Below, piece after piece: positions 8,549 through 17,914 of a stretch of DNA of 57,222 bases. The stretch is taken from the NCBI GenBank assembly GCA_012839645.1, contig DUMY01000198.1, forward strand, positions 1 to 57,222, read 5' to 3'. Origin of the DNA: Syntrophomonadaceae bacterium (GTDB taxonomy: Bacteria; Bacillota; DSM-12270; Thermacetogeniales; Thermacetogeniaceae). Positions within the stretch are counted from its first letter, which is position 1, and each line of letters begins with the position of its first letter. The translations under genes were made by a program, and so were the position numbers. The notes below the pieces were generated by a model. The model ran no database searches. It saw nothing but the letters and a program-made list of their open reading frames with translations, and was not told the origin of the DNA.

Positions 8549-9646
8549 CTGGAAAGGAAGAAAAGGGTCGCCATCATAGGCCTTGGTGTCATAGGTGGTT
8601 CTTTGGGAATGGCACTCTTGGCAAAAGGAAATTATGAAGTGATAGGCATTGACCGGGATCCCAATGCTGTACATATTGCGCGGGCAACAGGTGCAGTATC
8701 TGTAGGTACTACAGATTATCTTATCGGAGTAAAGCAAGCAGATATTATTGTACTTGCAATACCTGTTGGGGATCTTGCTGTTGTTGCCAGAGAGATAGCC
8801 CCCTCTATTTCTTCCGAGGTTGTTGTTACCGATGTGGGCAGCACCAAGGTAGAGGTCGTTGCTCAGCTTGAAGATATTTTTCCTTCCCGTTTTGTGGGTG
8901 GGCACCCCATGACCGGTTCTGAAATTTCAGGAATCCAAGGTGCTGATCTATATCTCTTTGAAAATGCCATTTATGTGCTGACCCCTACGGAACGAACGGA
9001 TCCCGAAGCATTAAGAAAGATTCAGGAGATGGTTGCTGATACAGGAGCCCTCTCCTGTTATTTATCTCCGGATGATCACGACCGGATTGCAGCAGCAATC
9101 AGTCATCTGCCGCATTTCCTGGCAGTAGCCCTCATGAATCTGGCAGCAGACTTTTCTGAACAATACCCCCAGGCTCTCACCTTAGCTGCCGGGGGTTTCC
9201 GGGATATGACGCGTATTGCTGCCAGCAGCCAGGTTATGTGGCGAGATATTTTTGCGACAAATCGCAGGCATGTTATCGAACTCAGCGGTCGCCTTCGTGA
9301 ACTGCTGCTGCGCTTTGAAGAGCTTCTGGAGAGAGAAGATTTAGATGAGCTTGTTTCCTTCATGCAGCGGGCTTGCTGTGAACGCCAAAAAATACCTTTT
9401 CAGTTAAAGGGAACTCTTCCTACCCTTTTCGAACTGATTTGTACGGTGCCTGATTGTCCGGGTAGTATTGCCCTGATCACTGGTCTTTTAAGTGACGAAG
9501 ATATAAATATATCTGATTTGGAAATTCTTCGCATACGGGAGGGGGAGGGAGGCACTATCAGGTTAGGATTTAAGACAGGGAGAGAAGCAGAAAGGGCGTT
9601 TCAAGTGTTATGTAAAGCCGATATTGCTGTAAAAAGAAGAAGATGA
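8549..9646 (+). CDS. tyrA: Prephenate dehydrogenase with C-terminal ACT domain
   Basis: GLGVIGGS, DVGSTK, GGHPMTGSE, ISHLPH, GGFRDMTRIA, ACT domain. Start uncertain: GTG8483, ATG8528 or CTG8549 (after SD GGAGGAGG). Confidence 0.9.
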   Translation: MERKKRVAIIGLGVIGGSLGMALLAKGNYEVIGIDRDPNAVHIARATGAVSVGTTDYLIGVKQADIIVLAIPVGDLAVVAREIAPSISSEVVVTDVGSTKVEVVAQLEDIFPSRFVGGHPMTGSEISGIQGADLYLFENAIYVLTPTERTDPEALRKIQEMVADTGALSCYLSPDDHDRIAAAISHLPHFLAVALMNLAADFSEQYPQALTLAAGGFRDMTRIAASSQVMWRDIFATNRRHVIELSGRLRELLLRFEELLEREDLDELVSFMQRACCERQKIPFQLKGTLPTLFELICTVPDCPGSIALITGLLSDEDINISDLEILRIREGEGGTIRLGFKTGREAERAFQVLCKADIAVKRRR

Positions 9647-9652
9647 GGGTGA

Positions 9653-10963
9653 GTGAAGATGAAACTGCGGGTTACCTGTGATGGTAAAGTGCTATCTGGC
9701 ACCTGCTCTATGCCGGGAGATAAGTCTGTTTCCCATCGCGCTGCCTTGCTCGCCTCTATAGCCGAAGGAACCACAGATATTTATAATTATTTATGGGGAG
9801 CGGACTGCCTTCAAACACTACAGTGTCTGAAAAGGCTTGGGGTTGTGGTAGAAAAAAGGGACGGGTTTATCCGAATAATAGGAAGAGGTCTGGATGGCTT
9901 CCAAGAACCGGAGGAGATTTTAGATGCCGGGAACTCGGGAACCACAATACGCCTTTTGCTCGGGCTGTTAGCGGGGCAGGACCTTTTTGCAGTATTGACA
10001 GGGGATAAGTCTTTATGCCAGCGTCCCATGGACAGGGTAATCAACCCATTGTCGATGATGGGTGCACAGATCCAGGGGAGGTTTGGAAACAGATATGCTC
10101 CACTTGCCATAAGAGGAACCTGTGAAGTTCGACCAATCGAATATACTCTTCCTGTTCCCAGTGCCCAGGTGAAATCTGCGCTTCTTTTGGCCGGCTTAAA
10201 TGCATCCGGGACAACTACAATCATCCAACCTCTCCCTAGCAGAGATCATACCGAAAGGATGCTGCAGGTCTTTGGGGCACGTTTGAAAGTAAAGGGGAAT
10301 GTTATCCAGCTTGCGGGTAAAAAAACGCTCAAAGGGCAGGTTATTAAGGTGCCAGGCGATATTTCTGCGGCTGCCTTTTTGATAGTTGCTGCAACCCTGG
10401 TAAGGGATAGTGAGATCATGATCCAAAGTGTTGGAGTCAATTCAACCAGGGCCGGGATCCTTGATGTGCTGAAAATGATGGGTGCAGACATCCAGATACA
10501 GGATATGCGGCTCTGGAATAAGGAACCGGTGGCTGATTTGCTCGTCAAGTCCGCAGACCTGGAGGGCACTGTCATAGAGGGTGAACTGCTCCCCCGGGTG
10601 CTGGATGAGATACCTGTACTGGCTGTTGCAGCAGCAGCAGCACGAGGGGAGACAGTAATCAGAGATGCGGATGAACTACGGGTAAAGGAGACCGACCGCT
10701 TGCAGGCAATAGCTACCGAACTGCGGAAAATGAAAGCAGTGCTCAAAGAAAAGCCGGATGGTTTGCGGATCAGAGGTGGCCAACTACAGGGTGCCCGGGT
10801 AAATTCTTGGGGGGACCATAGGATTGCTATGGCACTGGCTGTGGCGGGACTTATAGCTCGGGGAGAAACCATTGTTGAAGATGCCAGTTGTCTGAATATC
10901 TCTTTTCCCGCTTTTTCCGATATTTTTAGAAAGTTAGGTGCAGGTATAGATGCTCAAAACTAG
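9653..10963 (+). CDS. aroA: EPSP synthase
   Basis: PGDKSVSHR, DAGNSGTT, SAQVKSA, RDHTERML, ELRVKETDR, DHRIAM. Confidence 0.96.
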   Translation: MKMKLRVTCDGKVLSGTCSMPGDKSVSHRAALLASIAEGTTDIYNYLWGADCLQTLQCLKRLGVVVEKRDGFIRIIGRGLDGFQEPEEILDAGNSGTTIRLLLGLLAGQDLFAVLTGDKSLCQRPMDRVINPLSMMGAQIQGRFGNRYAPLAIRGTCEVRPIEYTLPVPSAQVKSALLLAGLNASGTTTIIQPLPSRDHTERMLQVFGARLKVKGNVIQLAGKKTLKGQVIKVPGDISAAAFLIVAATLVRDSEIMIQSVGVNSTRAGILDVLKMMGADIQIQDMRLWNKEPVADLLVKSADLEGTVIEGELLPRVLDEIPVLAVAAAAARGETVIRDADELRVKETDRLQAIATELRKMKAVLKEKPDGLRIRGGQLQGARVNSWGDHRIAMALAVAGLIARGETIVEDASCLNISFPAFSDIFRKLGAGIDAQN

Positions 10964-11007
10964 CAAGATGTTTGAATTTATGTTAAAATGATGCGGGAGT
11001 GAGGTAA

Positions 11008-11682
11008 GTGTCCCGCAAGCCGAATTTTGCAATTGACGGACCGGCTGGTTCCGGGAAAAGTACAGTTGCCAGAGAGTTGGCAGGTAGATTGGGTTTATTA
11101 TATGTTGATACAGGTGCCATGTATCGGGCGGTAACGTATTTCGCCTTGAAAACAGGAATTGATCCGGAAAATGAAGCGGAACTGGATGCTTTGGTAAAAG
11201 ATATCCGGTTTTCGCTTGTTATATTTTCGAAGAATCGTACTGTTAACCTCTGGTGCAACGGTGAGGATGTCTCCCCCTTTTTGCGTGAAAAAGAGGTTTC
11301 CTGCCAGGTGTCAAAAGTAGCTGCTGCGGCACCAGTGCGTAAGCATCTTGCCTGGTATCAGCGGCGATTTGCCCGGGCGGGCGGAGTGGTCATGGAGGGA
11401 CGGGACATTGGTACTGTAGTTTTACCGGATGCTGAGTGTAAGTTTTTCTTGACTGCATCACTGGATGTGCGGTTGGCGCGACGGGAAAAGGAGCTGCGAG
11501 CTGCAGGAAAGTCATGGACTAAGAAAGAGCTTTGTTGCGAACTAACCTACCGCGATGAGATGGACCGTAAGAGAGAAATAGGGCCTTTAAAGAAAGCCCC
11601 AGATGCGGTTGTTATTGATTGTACGAATTTGACAGTGGAACAAGTAATAGAGAAGATGTTGGAAAGTTACGGAGGGGGTTAG
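11008..11682 (+). CDS. cmk: Cytidylate kinase
   Basis: AIDGPAGSGKST, DTGAMYR, VMEGRDIGTVV. Confidence 0.95.
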   Translation: MSRKPNFAIDGPAGSGKSTVARELAGRLGLLYVDTGAMYRAVTYFALKTGIDPENEAELDALVKDIRFSLVIFSKNRTVNLWCNGEDVSPFLREKEVSCQVSKVAAAAPVRKHLAWYQRRFARAGGVVMEGRDIGTVVLPDAECKFFLTASLDVRLARREKELRAAGKSWTKKELCCELTYRDEMDRKREIGPLKKAPDAVVIDCTNLTVEQVIEKMLESYGGG

Positions 11683-11686
11683 CGCG

Positions 11687-12274
11687 ATGTTTTATCGCTT
11701 TTGTCGCAGCCTTTTCCGTTTTTTCTTTACTGTTTTTTGCGGTTGGAAAGTAGAAGGGCTAGATAATTTTCCACAGAAGGGTCCTGTGTTGGTTATTGCA
11801 AACCATACCAGCTACTGGGATCCGATTGTGGTGGGCAGTGCACTGGGAAGAAAGGTACACTTTATGGCAAAGAGTGAATTGTTTTCCTACCCGGTACTCG
11901 GTTTTGTGATTGAAAAAATGGGGACTTTTCCGGTTAGTCGTGATCGTGTTGATCTTTCCTCCCTTAAGAGGGCACTAGCCCTGCTGGATGAAGGGAATGT
12001 TGTTTGTATTTTTCCCGAAGGGACCAGGAGCAAAACAGGGAAGATTCTTCCTCCTCTGCCAGGAGCAGCGTTTCTTGCTCGTAAAGCCGGTACTCCTGTC
12101 TGCCCTGTTGCCCTGCAGCGCAGGCAGCGCATGTTTGGCAACAATTTATTCCCTTATTTTCATGTTCGAGTGGGTTCAACTTTCTATGTTAAAAAGACAG
12201 GAAAGCGAGATTTTCAGGCAGATGCTGATATAATGATGTCAAAGATTCAGGAATTAATAGATAATTCGATATAA
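11687..12274 (+). CDS. plsC: 1-acyl-sn-glycerol-3-phosphate acyltransferase
   Basis: NHTSYWD (HX4D), FMAKSELF, IFPEGTRS. Confidence 0.92.
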   Translation: MFYRFCRSLFRFFFTVFCGWKVEGLDNFPQKGPVLVIANHTSYWDPIVVGSALGRKVHFMAKSELFSYPVLGFVIEKMGTFPVSRDRVDLSSLKRALALLDEGNVVCIFPEGTRSKTGKILPPLPGAAFLARKAGTPVCPVALQRRQRMFGNNLFPYFHVRVGSTFYVKKTGKRDFQADADIMMSKIQELIDNSI

Positions 12275-12278
12275 ATTA

Positions 12279-12305
12279 GCAGGAATTTATTCATAATTGC
12301 CGAAA
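12279..12305 (+). promoter_or_regulatory. Sigma-H-like promoter
   Basis: GCAGGAATT-11 nt-GCCGAAA upstream of ispH. Confidence 0.45.
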
Positions 12306-12327
12306 AAACTAAGAAAGGGGTAAAATA

Positions 12328-14544
12328 ATTAAAAGAGAAATTGTTCGTGCGCGGACAGCCGGATTTTGTTTCGGCGTCCGAAGAGCACTGGAACTTGCAG
12401 AAAAAGCTCTGGCGACCAGTAAAAAAATATATTCGCTGGGGCCACTTATTCATAATCCCTGTGTTGTTAACTCTTTAAGCGAACGGGGAATTGAGGTAAT
12501 ACAGGATTTGAGCTCTGTACCTGGGCAACAAGTTTTAATCAGATCTCATGGAGCTGCTCCAGGGGTCTTTCAACAGGCAGAAGAGATGGGCATTGGCCTT
12601 ATCGATGCTACTTGTCCCTTTGTAAAGCGGGTACAGCGGCAAGCTGCTGATCTGGTTCGCAGTGGATATCAGGTTGTGATTGTGGGACAGGAAGATCATC
12701 CTGAAGTTCAGGGAATACTAGGTTGGGCTGGTGGAGGAACAGTTGTAATACAATCCCTCACCGATCTAGAAAAGATTCAAACAGATAATAAAAGGGTCGG
12801 TGTCCTGGCTCAGACCACTCAAAACCGGTCTAAATATTTTGATATTATTAGGAATATGCTGGGCAAATCCCAGGAACTGCGTGTGTTTGATACTATTTGT
12901 CACACCAGTCAGGCACGACAGGAAGAAGCCGCCGGGACTGCACAGCGAGCCGATATAATGATTGTTATCGGTGGTAAAAACAGTGCTAACACATGCCAAC
13001 TGGTGGAGATTTGTCGAAATAATGTACCAACGTATCATATCGAAGATGCAGATGAACTGACGCCAGAAATGCTGCATGGAGCATCTGTAGTAGGGGTAAC
13101 TGCTGGGGCCTCGACCCCAGATTGGATAATTGAGGAGGTTATTGAGAGAATGACGATGTTTGATGAAGAACTGGAGAATGTAGAGGAGGGTGCAGTAGAG
13201 GCTGATGTCGATGCTACACCGGAAGCAGTAGCTGAGGATGCTCCTGTGGCAAACGAGGAACCATCAGAATCATCTGAGCCAACAGATGAGCCGACTGATG
13301 AGCCAACAGAGCTATCAGGGCAATCTGAGCCAACTGAACCATCTGAGCCGGATCAAGAAGAACAAGAAGAACCGAATCAAGAAGAAATGATGAAACTGGA
13401 TATGGCGGCACCCCGCCAAATCAAGCAGGGGGATCTGATCAGTGGTGCAGTTGTACAGGTGCGCGATGATGAAGTCCTGATCGACATTGGAGGAAAGTCA
13501 GAGGGGGTCATCCCGCGCCGTGAACTAGCTATGAAAAATGCTGATGATGTTCTGGAAAACATCGAGGTAGGGGATACCATGGATGTTTATGTCCTTCGTG
13601 TCGATAATGATGAGGGGCACCTGATCCTTTCCAAAAAGCGGGCAGACAGGGCCAAGGCCCTTGACTTTCTAGAGAAGGCCATGGAGGAGAAGACAGAACT
13701 TGCTGGTCAAGTTGTCCGGGTAGTTAAAGGCGGGCTTCTTGTGGATGTGCATGGAGTGCGTGGGTTTGTACCTGCTTCACTGATTGAGCGCGGTTATGCC
13801 GGCGATCTGGATAAATACCTGGATAAGACATTACGCCTGCGTGTGATTGAGTTTGACCGCAGCAAAGCTAAGGTAGTGCTTTCTCAAAAGGCGATTCTTC
13901 AGGAGGAGTTTCTACAAGCCCAGAAGGAGCTCTGGGAAACAATTGAAGCAGGAGAAATTAGAAAGGGCACTGTCAGGCACCTGACAAATTTTGGGGCGTT
14001 TGTGGATCTAGGAGGGGTAGACGGGCTTCTCCATATTTCCGAATTATCCTGGGGACGTGTTAAGCATCCCAGTGATGTAGTCCAAGAGGGGGATGAAATA
14101 GAGGTTTATATAATCTCAGTGGATAAAGAAAGAAAGCGCATCTCCTTAAGCCTCAAGCAAGTTCAGGGCAACCCTTGGGATAAAGTTGATGAGAACTATA
14201 CTGTCGGAGAGATTGTTACGGGTAAAGTGATGAGGACCGTATCTTTTGGTGCTTTTGTACAGTTGGAACCAGGTGTTGAGGGGCTTGTCCATATTTCACG
14301 CATGGCGGATTACCATGTGGTAAAACCCGAGGATGTTGTAACTGCCGGGGATGAAATACGGGTAAAGATCTTGGATATCAACAAACAGGACCAGAGAATT
14401 AGCCTAAGCATCAAGGATGCCCAAGAGGCCGAAGACAAGGGAATCAATGAGGGGGGCAGCGAAATATCGCACACCTCCAACTCTGGTGTAGGGGTCAATT
14501 TGGGTGAGGTGTTCGGTGATCTGTTGTCCAAAGCTGAAAAATAA
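12328..14544 (+). CDS. ispH: IspH (HMBPP reductase) - ribosomal protein S1 fusion
   Basis: Frame open from 12313: [43 protein letters not shown], then an acidic linker and four S1 domains. Start inferred at ATT12328 after SD AAAGGGGT. Confidence 0.92.
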   Translation: MKREIVRARTAGFCFGVRRALELAEKALATSKKIYSLGPLIHNPCVVNSLSERGIEVIQDLSSVPGQQVLIRSHGAAPGVFQQAEEMGIGLIDATCPFVKRVQRQAADLVRSGYQVVIVGQEDHPEVQGILGWAGGGTVVIQSLTDLEKIQTDNKRVGVLAQTTQNRSKYFDIIRNMLGKSQELRVFDTICHTSQARQEEAAGTAQRADIMIVIGGKNSANTCQLVEICRNNVPTYHIEDADELTPEMLHGASVVGVTAGASTPDWIIEEVIERMTMFDEELENVEEGAVEADVDATPEAVAEDAPVANEEPSESSEPTDEPTDEPTELSGQSEPTEPSEPDQEEQEEPNQEEMMKLDMAAPRQIKQGDLISGAVVQVRDDEVLIDIGGKSEGVIPRRELAMKNADDVLENIEVGDTMDVYVLRVDNDEGHLILSKKRADRAKALDFLEKAMEEKTELAGQVVRVVKGGLLVDVHGVRGFVPASLIERGYAGDLDKYLDKTLRLRVIEFDRSKAKVVLSQKAILQEEFLQAQKELWETIEAGEIRKGTVRHLTNFGAFVDLGGVDGLLHISELSWGRVKHPSDVVQEGDEIEVYIISVDKERKRISLSLKQVQGNPWDKVDENYTVGEIVTGKVMRTVSFGAFVQLEPGVEGLVHISRMADYHVVKPEDVVTAGDEIRVKILDINKQDQRISLSIKDAQEAEDKGINEGGSEISHTSNSGVGVNLGEVFGDLLSKAEK
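13255..13388 (+). repeat. Degenerate tandem coding repeats (EPT/EPS, QEE) in the acidic linker
   Basis: GAGCCAACAGAT GAGCCGACTGAT GAGCCAACAGAG; TCTGAGCC three times; CAAGAAGAA three times. Confidence 0.75.
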
Positions 14545-14565
14545 AGCTATGGGGAGGTAAAACAG

Positions 14566-14820
14566 GTGCCGGTATATAGTTTTGTATGTAAAAACTGTGG
14601 GGAAGAGTTTACCAAACTGGTAGCGATCAAAGATAAAGATCAGGTTACGTGTCCTGGCTGTATGGGTGGTGAGCTGAAACAGGTCTTTGGAAGGTTTAAT
14701 TATGTAAAAATATCAAAAAAATATAATCCTGGCTGCAATGTTGCTAGTAACTGCGTGAGTGCCAAGCGGTATGGCTGTGGAAAGTACGCGGAAAAACCTG
14801 TTCCTATGCCTCAATCATGA
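14566..14820 (+). CDS. FmdB-family zinc-ribbon protein
   Basis: MPVYSFVCKNCG...CPGC plus three more Cys near the C-terminus. Confidence 0.85.
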   Translation: MPVYSFVCKNCGEEFTKLVAIKDKDQVTCPGCMGGELKQVFGRFNYVKISKKYNPGCNVASNCVSAKRYGCGKYAEKPVPMPQS

Positions 14821-14829
14821 GGTGATGGA

Positions 14830-15420
14830 ATGGATGCTGCAGGGATTATACTGGCCGGGGGAAAAAGCTCACGCTTTAAAGAAAACAAGGCCATGGTCAA
14901 GATCGCATCCCAGAGGTTAATTGACCGCATAGTGGATGTGCTGGCTTCTGTTCTTCCAAAAATCATTCTAGTAACCAATACACCGGAACAATACAAGACA
15001 CTTGGGGTACAAATGGTTATGGACATTATTCCCGGGAAGGGTCCCTTGAGCGGGATGCATGCAGGTTTAATCTCGTCACCTTGTGACCTGAATTATGTTG
15101 CAGCCTGTGATATGCCTTTTATCAATGCTGATATTGTGCGCTACATGGTTGAGCAGACTGAGGTTTGTGATGATGCAGTGGTACCTGTGATTAAGGGGTA
15201 CCCGGAGCCGTTGGCTGCAGTTTATAGAAAGACATGTATTAAACATATTGAGGATTCCCTCATCAATAAAAAATACCAGGTAAAGTCATTCTATCCTCAC
15301 ATCAGGCTTAAATACATCCCGGAAAAAGAACTGCAAGAGTATGGTGGGGGGAAGAATTTTTTCAATATCAATACCAGGGATGATTTTCATATCGCCCTCA
15401 ATATGGAACAAGAACAATAA
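14830..15420 (+). CDS. mobA: Molybdenum cofactor guanylyltransferase
   Basis: ILAGGKSSRF, GPLSG, ACDMPF, EPL.AVY, FFNINT. Confidence 0.92.
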   Translation: MDAAGIILAGGKSSRFKENKAMVKIASQRLIDRIVDVLASVLPKIILVTNTPEQYKTLGVQMVMDIIPGKGPLSGMHAGLISSPCDLNYVAACDMPFINADIVRYMVEQTEVCDDAVVPVIKGYPEPLAAVYRKTCIKHIEDSLINKKYQVKSFYPHIRLKYIPEKELQEYGGGKNFFNINTRDDFHIALNMEQEQ

Positions 15421-15437
15421 AATATCATAAAAAGAGT

Positions 15438-15476
15438 AAGACCTGGCAAGCAAAATGCCAGGTCTTCTTTTGTTTT
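15438..15476 (+). terminator. Rho-independent terminator
   Basis: AAGACCTGGCA/TGCCAGGTCTT stem plus T-rich tail. Confidence 0.8.
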
Positions 15477-15553
15477 CTGGCATGGTTAATCTTGACAGGT
15501 ATTTTAGGTCACGAAATGTGAAACTTTAAGAAAAGAAAGGAGGTGAATAATAT

Positions 15554-16033
15554 TTGAAAAAACTGCTAGTAGGGTTTTTGCTTACCCTGTTTCTAAGCAC
15601 CTGTCTGATCAGTGGATGTACACCGGCTCGTAAACCTACTCCAAGCCCTACAAAAACTGCACCTACACCGACAGACAAGACGAAGATGACGACACCGGAT
15701 AAGAAGAGAGCAAAGAAAATTGCTGATAAAGTCACACAAGTAAACGGTGTTCAAAAAGTTGTAGTGGTCGTTACTGATAAAACAGCATTTATTGGTCTGG
15801 ATCTTGAAAGCAGAGAAGAGGCAGCAGCAACAAAAATTAAGGAGGAAGTGGCCAGGCGTGTTAAAGCCTCAGAACCCAATTTAAAAACAGTCAATGTAAC
15901 TGCTGATCCCGATCTGGTAACCCGTTTGCGTAAGATTGCCGATGGGATCAACAAGGGGAAACCTGTTTCCAGTTTTTCAAGGGAACTTAATGAAATTGGT
16001 CGTGAAATAAAACCGATAACGAAAACTAGATAA
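15554..16033 (+). CDS. YhcN/YlaJ-family sporulation lipoprotein
   Basis: SD AAGGAGGTG, lipobox ISGC, Pro/Thr linker, V.VTADPDLVTRLRKIA..I..GKPV. Confidence 0.85.
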   Translation: MKKLLVGFLLTLFLSTCLISGCTPARKPTPSPTKTAPTPTDKTKMTTPDKKRAKKIADKVTQVNGVQKVVVVVTDKTAFIGLDLESREEAAATKIKEEVARRVKASEPNLKTVNVTADPDLVTRLRKIADGINKGKPVSSFSRELNEIGREIKPITKTR

Positions 16034-16076
16034 TAGCCTGTTTTTCTGTTCAGCAATGGGAAGGGAGTGAAGTAGT

Positions 16077-16805
16077 TTGCCGCGGGTACCAATAGGAACA
16101 ATAGTTCTCTTAATTATTTCACTGCTTATTTATTTTGGAGTTGCACAGCGAGTTTTGGATAAATTAAGGCTCTCTGATAAAACAGCTCTAGGGGTTATAG
16201 CAGCGTTAATTATCGGAAGTTTTATCAATATTCCTCTCCCGCGGGGGCCGCGGATCGAGGCATCTTTCAATGTTGGAGGGGCCTTGGTTCCTTTAATTTT
16301 GGCCGGTTACCTGGTAGTCAGGACAACTAATATAGAGAGGCTACGAGCTGCCATCGGGATTATTGCTACGGCTGTAGCTATCTATTTGGCAGGACGATTC
16401 CTTAACGCGGAACCGGAAAGCATGTTTATGGGTCCCATCTATCTCTATCCGTTAGTAGGTGGCATTGTTGCCTATGTGATAGGTAGGTCAAGACGCAGTG
16501 CATTTATTGCTGCTACAATGGGTATTCTCCTCTTTGATGTGTTTACCTACATGCGTATTATGATTCAGGGCATCCCGGGTGCGGTGATTATCGGAGGGGG
16601 AGGAGCCTTTGATGCTATTGTAATCGCAGGCCTCCTGGCGGTGCTCTTGGCAGAGTTTATTGGAGAAACCAGGGAGCGGCTCCAGGGGGGACCGGCTGAA
16701 AGAGGTAAAGCCCCGGCATTATTAAAACGATTAAGACCTTTGTCTCCTGATAAGACACAGCAAGAGGAAGAGGGTGAAAAAGATGATACGAGGGAGAATA
16801 GCTAG
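16077..16805 (+). CDS. DUF1614-family membrane protein
   Basis: GSFINIPL, NVGGALVP, IGGGGAFD motifs; multiple TM helices. Confidence 0.8.
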   Translation: MPRVPIGTIVLLIISLLIYFGVAQRVLDKLRLSDKTALGVIAALIIGSFINIPLPRGPRIEASFNVGGALVPLILAGYLVVRTTNIERLRAAIGIIATAVAIYLAGRFLNAEPESMFMGPIYLYPLVGGIVAYVIGRSRRSAFIAATMGILLFDVFTYMRIMIQGIPGAVIIGGGGAFDAIVIAGLLAVLLAEFIGETRERLQGGPAERGKAPALLKRLRPLSPDKTQQEEEGEKDDTRENS

Positions 16806-17904
16806 TTACCTAATGGGATTGAGTATTGTTTTTGTAATAACTTTGTGTGGTGCCAGTGCAGTCTCGGCACAGCCTCAAAATCCTATTACTTCCATGATCG
16901 AGACTGAGCGTAACGATGGAGGCTATTACACAATAATTGATGAGAAAAAAAACCCTATTGATTATACAGCTCGTATTCTGAACAAGGGTGATGAGTTTAT
17001 TTCTGCAAAAAATATGCGTTATCAGATTACATCAATAAAAGGGGACAATGCTCATGCCCGTCTATTAGGGAAGGAAGCCGAAGCAAAAATAGCTTCTCCA
17101 CCTATAAATTCTATTTGGTCACAGTTGATAGCCAGAAGAAGCACTCCCTCTATCGGGATCTATCACACTCACAGTGATGAGTCTTATATCCCATCCGATG
17201 GGGCTGAAAGTATTTATGCCAACGGCGGTATCTTTAAAGTGGGGAAGGTTTTGGATAAGAAGCTGCGTGATATTGGCTTTGAAGTTAATCACAGTCGGAG
17301 GCCCCATGACCCACATGATATAAACGCTTACTACCGCTCCCGGCGCACTGCGGTTGAACTGCTGCAAAAAAGACCGAATGCTCTTTTTGATATACACCGC
17401 GATGCAGTACCACCGCAGGTTTATGCAGCAAATGTGAAGGGGCAGGATATCACCAGGGTTAAGTTTGTTGTGGGCAGAACGAATCCCAATTTTCAAGCTA
17501 ACCTGGAATTTGCTAAACAGCTTAAAACTGCTGTAGATAAGAAGCATCCAGATGTTGTACAGGGTATTCTGATCGCTAAGAGTGATTTCAACCAGGATTT
17601 AGCTCCACGGTCCATGCTTATTGAGGTGGGTGCTCATACCAATTACCGGGAGGCTGCACAGCGTGGAGCTGCTCTGTTTGCAGAGGCATTGCCTGAGGTT
17701 TTAGGTATCAGTCCAAGGGTTCCGACACCTGCTGAAGGACCTGAAAGTAGGGGTGCCTGGAGGGCGGTTATTTGGGGTCTTCTTCTGATAGCCGCGGTAC
17801 TTTTCGGTTATCTGTATATGAATACTGGAAGTGTTGAAGGAGCCGTAGATCAGGTGCGTAATTTGTTCTCTAGGATAAATTCCAAAATAAACAGAAAGGA
17901 ATAA
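16774..17904 (+). CDS. spoIIP: Stage II sporulation amidase/endopeptidase SpoIIP
   Basis: IYHTHSDESY, AYYRSR, DIHRDA, FNQDL, IEVGAHTN. Confidence 0.92.
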   Translation: MKKMIRGRIASYLMGLSIVFVITLCGASAVSAQPQNPITSMIETERNDGGYYTIIDEKKNPIDYTARILNKGDEFISAKNMRYQITSIKGDNAHARLLGKEAEAKIASPPINSIWSQLIARRSTPSIGIYHTHSDESYIPSDGAESIYANGGIFKVGKVLDKKLRDIGFEVNHSRRPHDPHDINAYYRSRRTAVELLQKRPNALFDIHRDAVPPQVYAANVKGQDITRVKFVVGRTNPNFQANLEFAKQLKTAVDKKHPDVVQGILIAKSDFNQDLAPRSMLIEVGAHTNYREAAQRGAALFAEALPEVLGISPRVPTPAEGPESRGAWRAVIWGLLLIAAVLFGYLYMNTGSVEGAVDQVRNLFSRINSKINRKE

Positions 17905-17914
17905 GGCGAAAATA

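Noticed and set aside
10979-10991. TATGTTAAAATGA repeated at 7291 and 10979 as an operator
   Set aside because: Adequately explained as extended -10 promoter elements
12508-12510. TTG12508 as the ispH start
   Set aside because: Would delete the first Fe-S cysteine motif AGFCFGV
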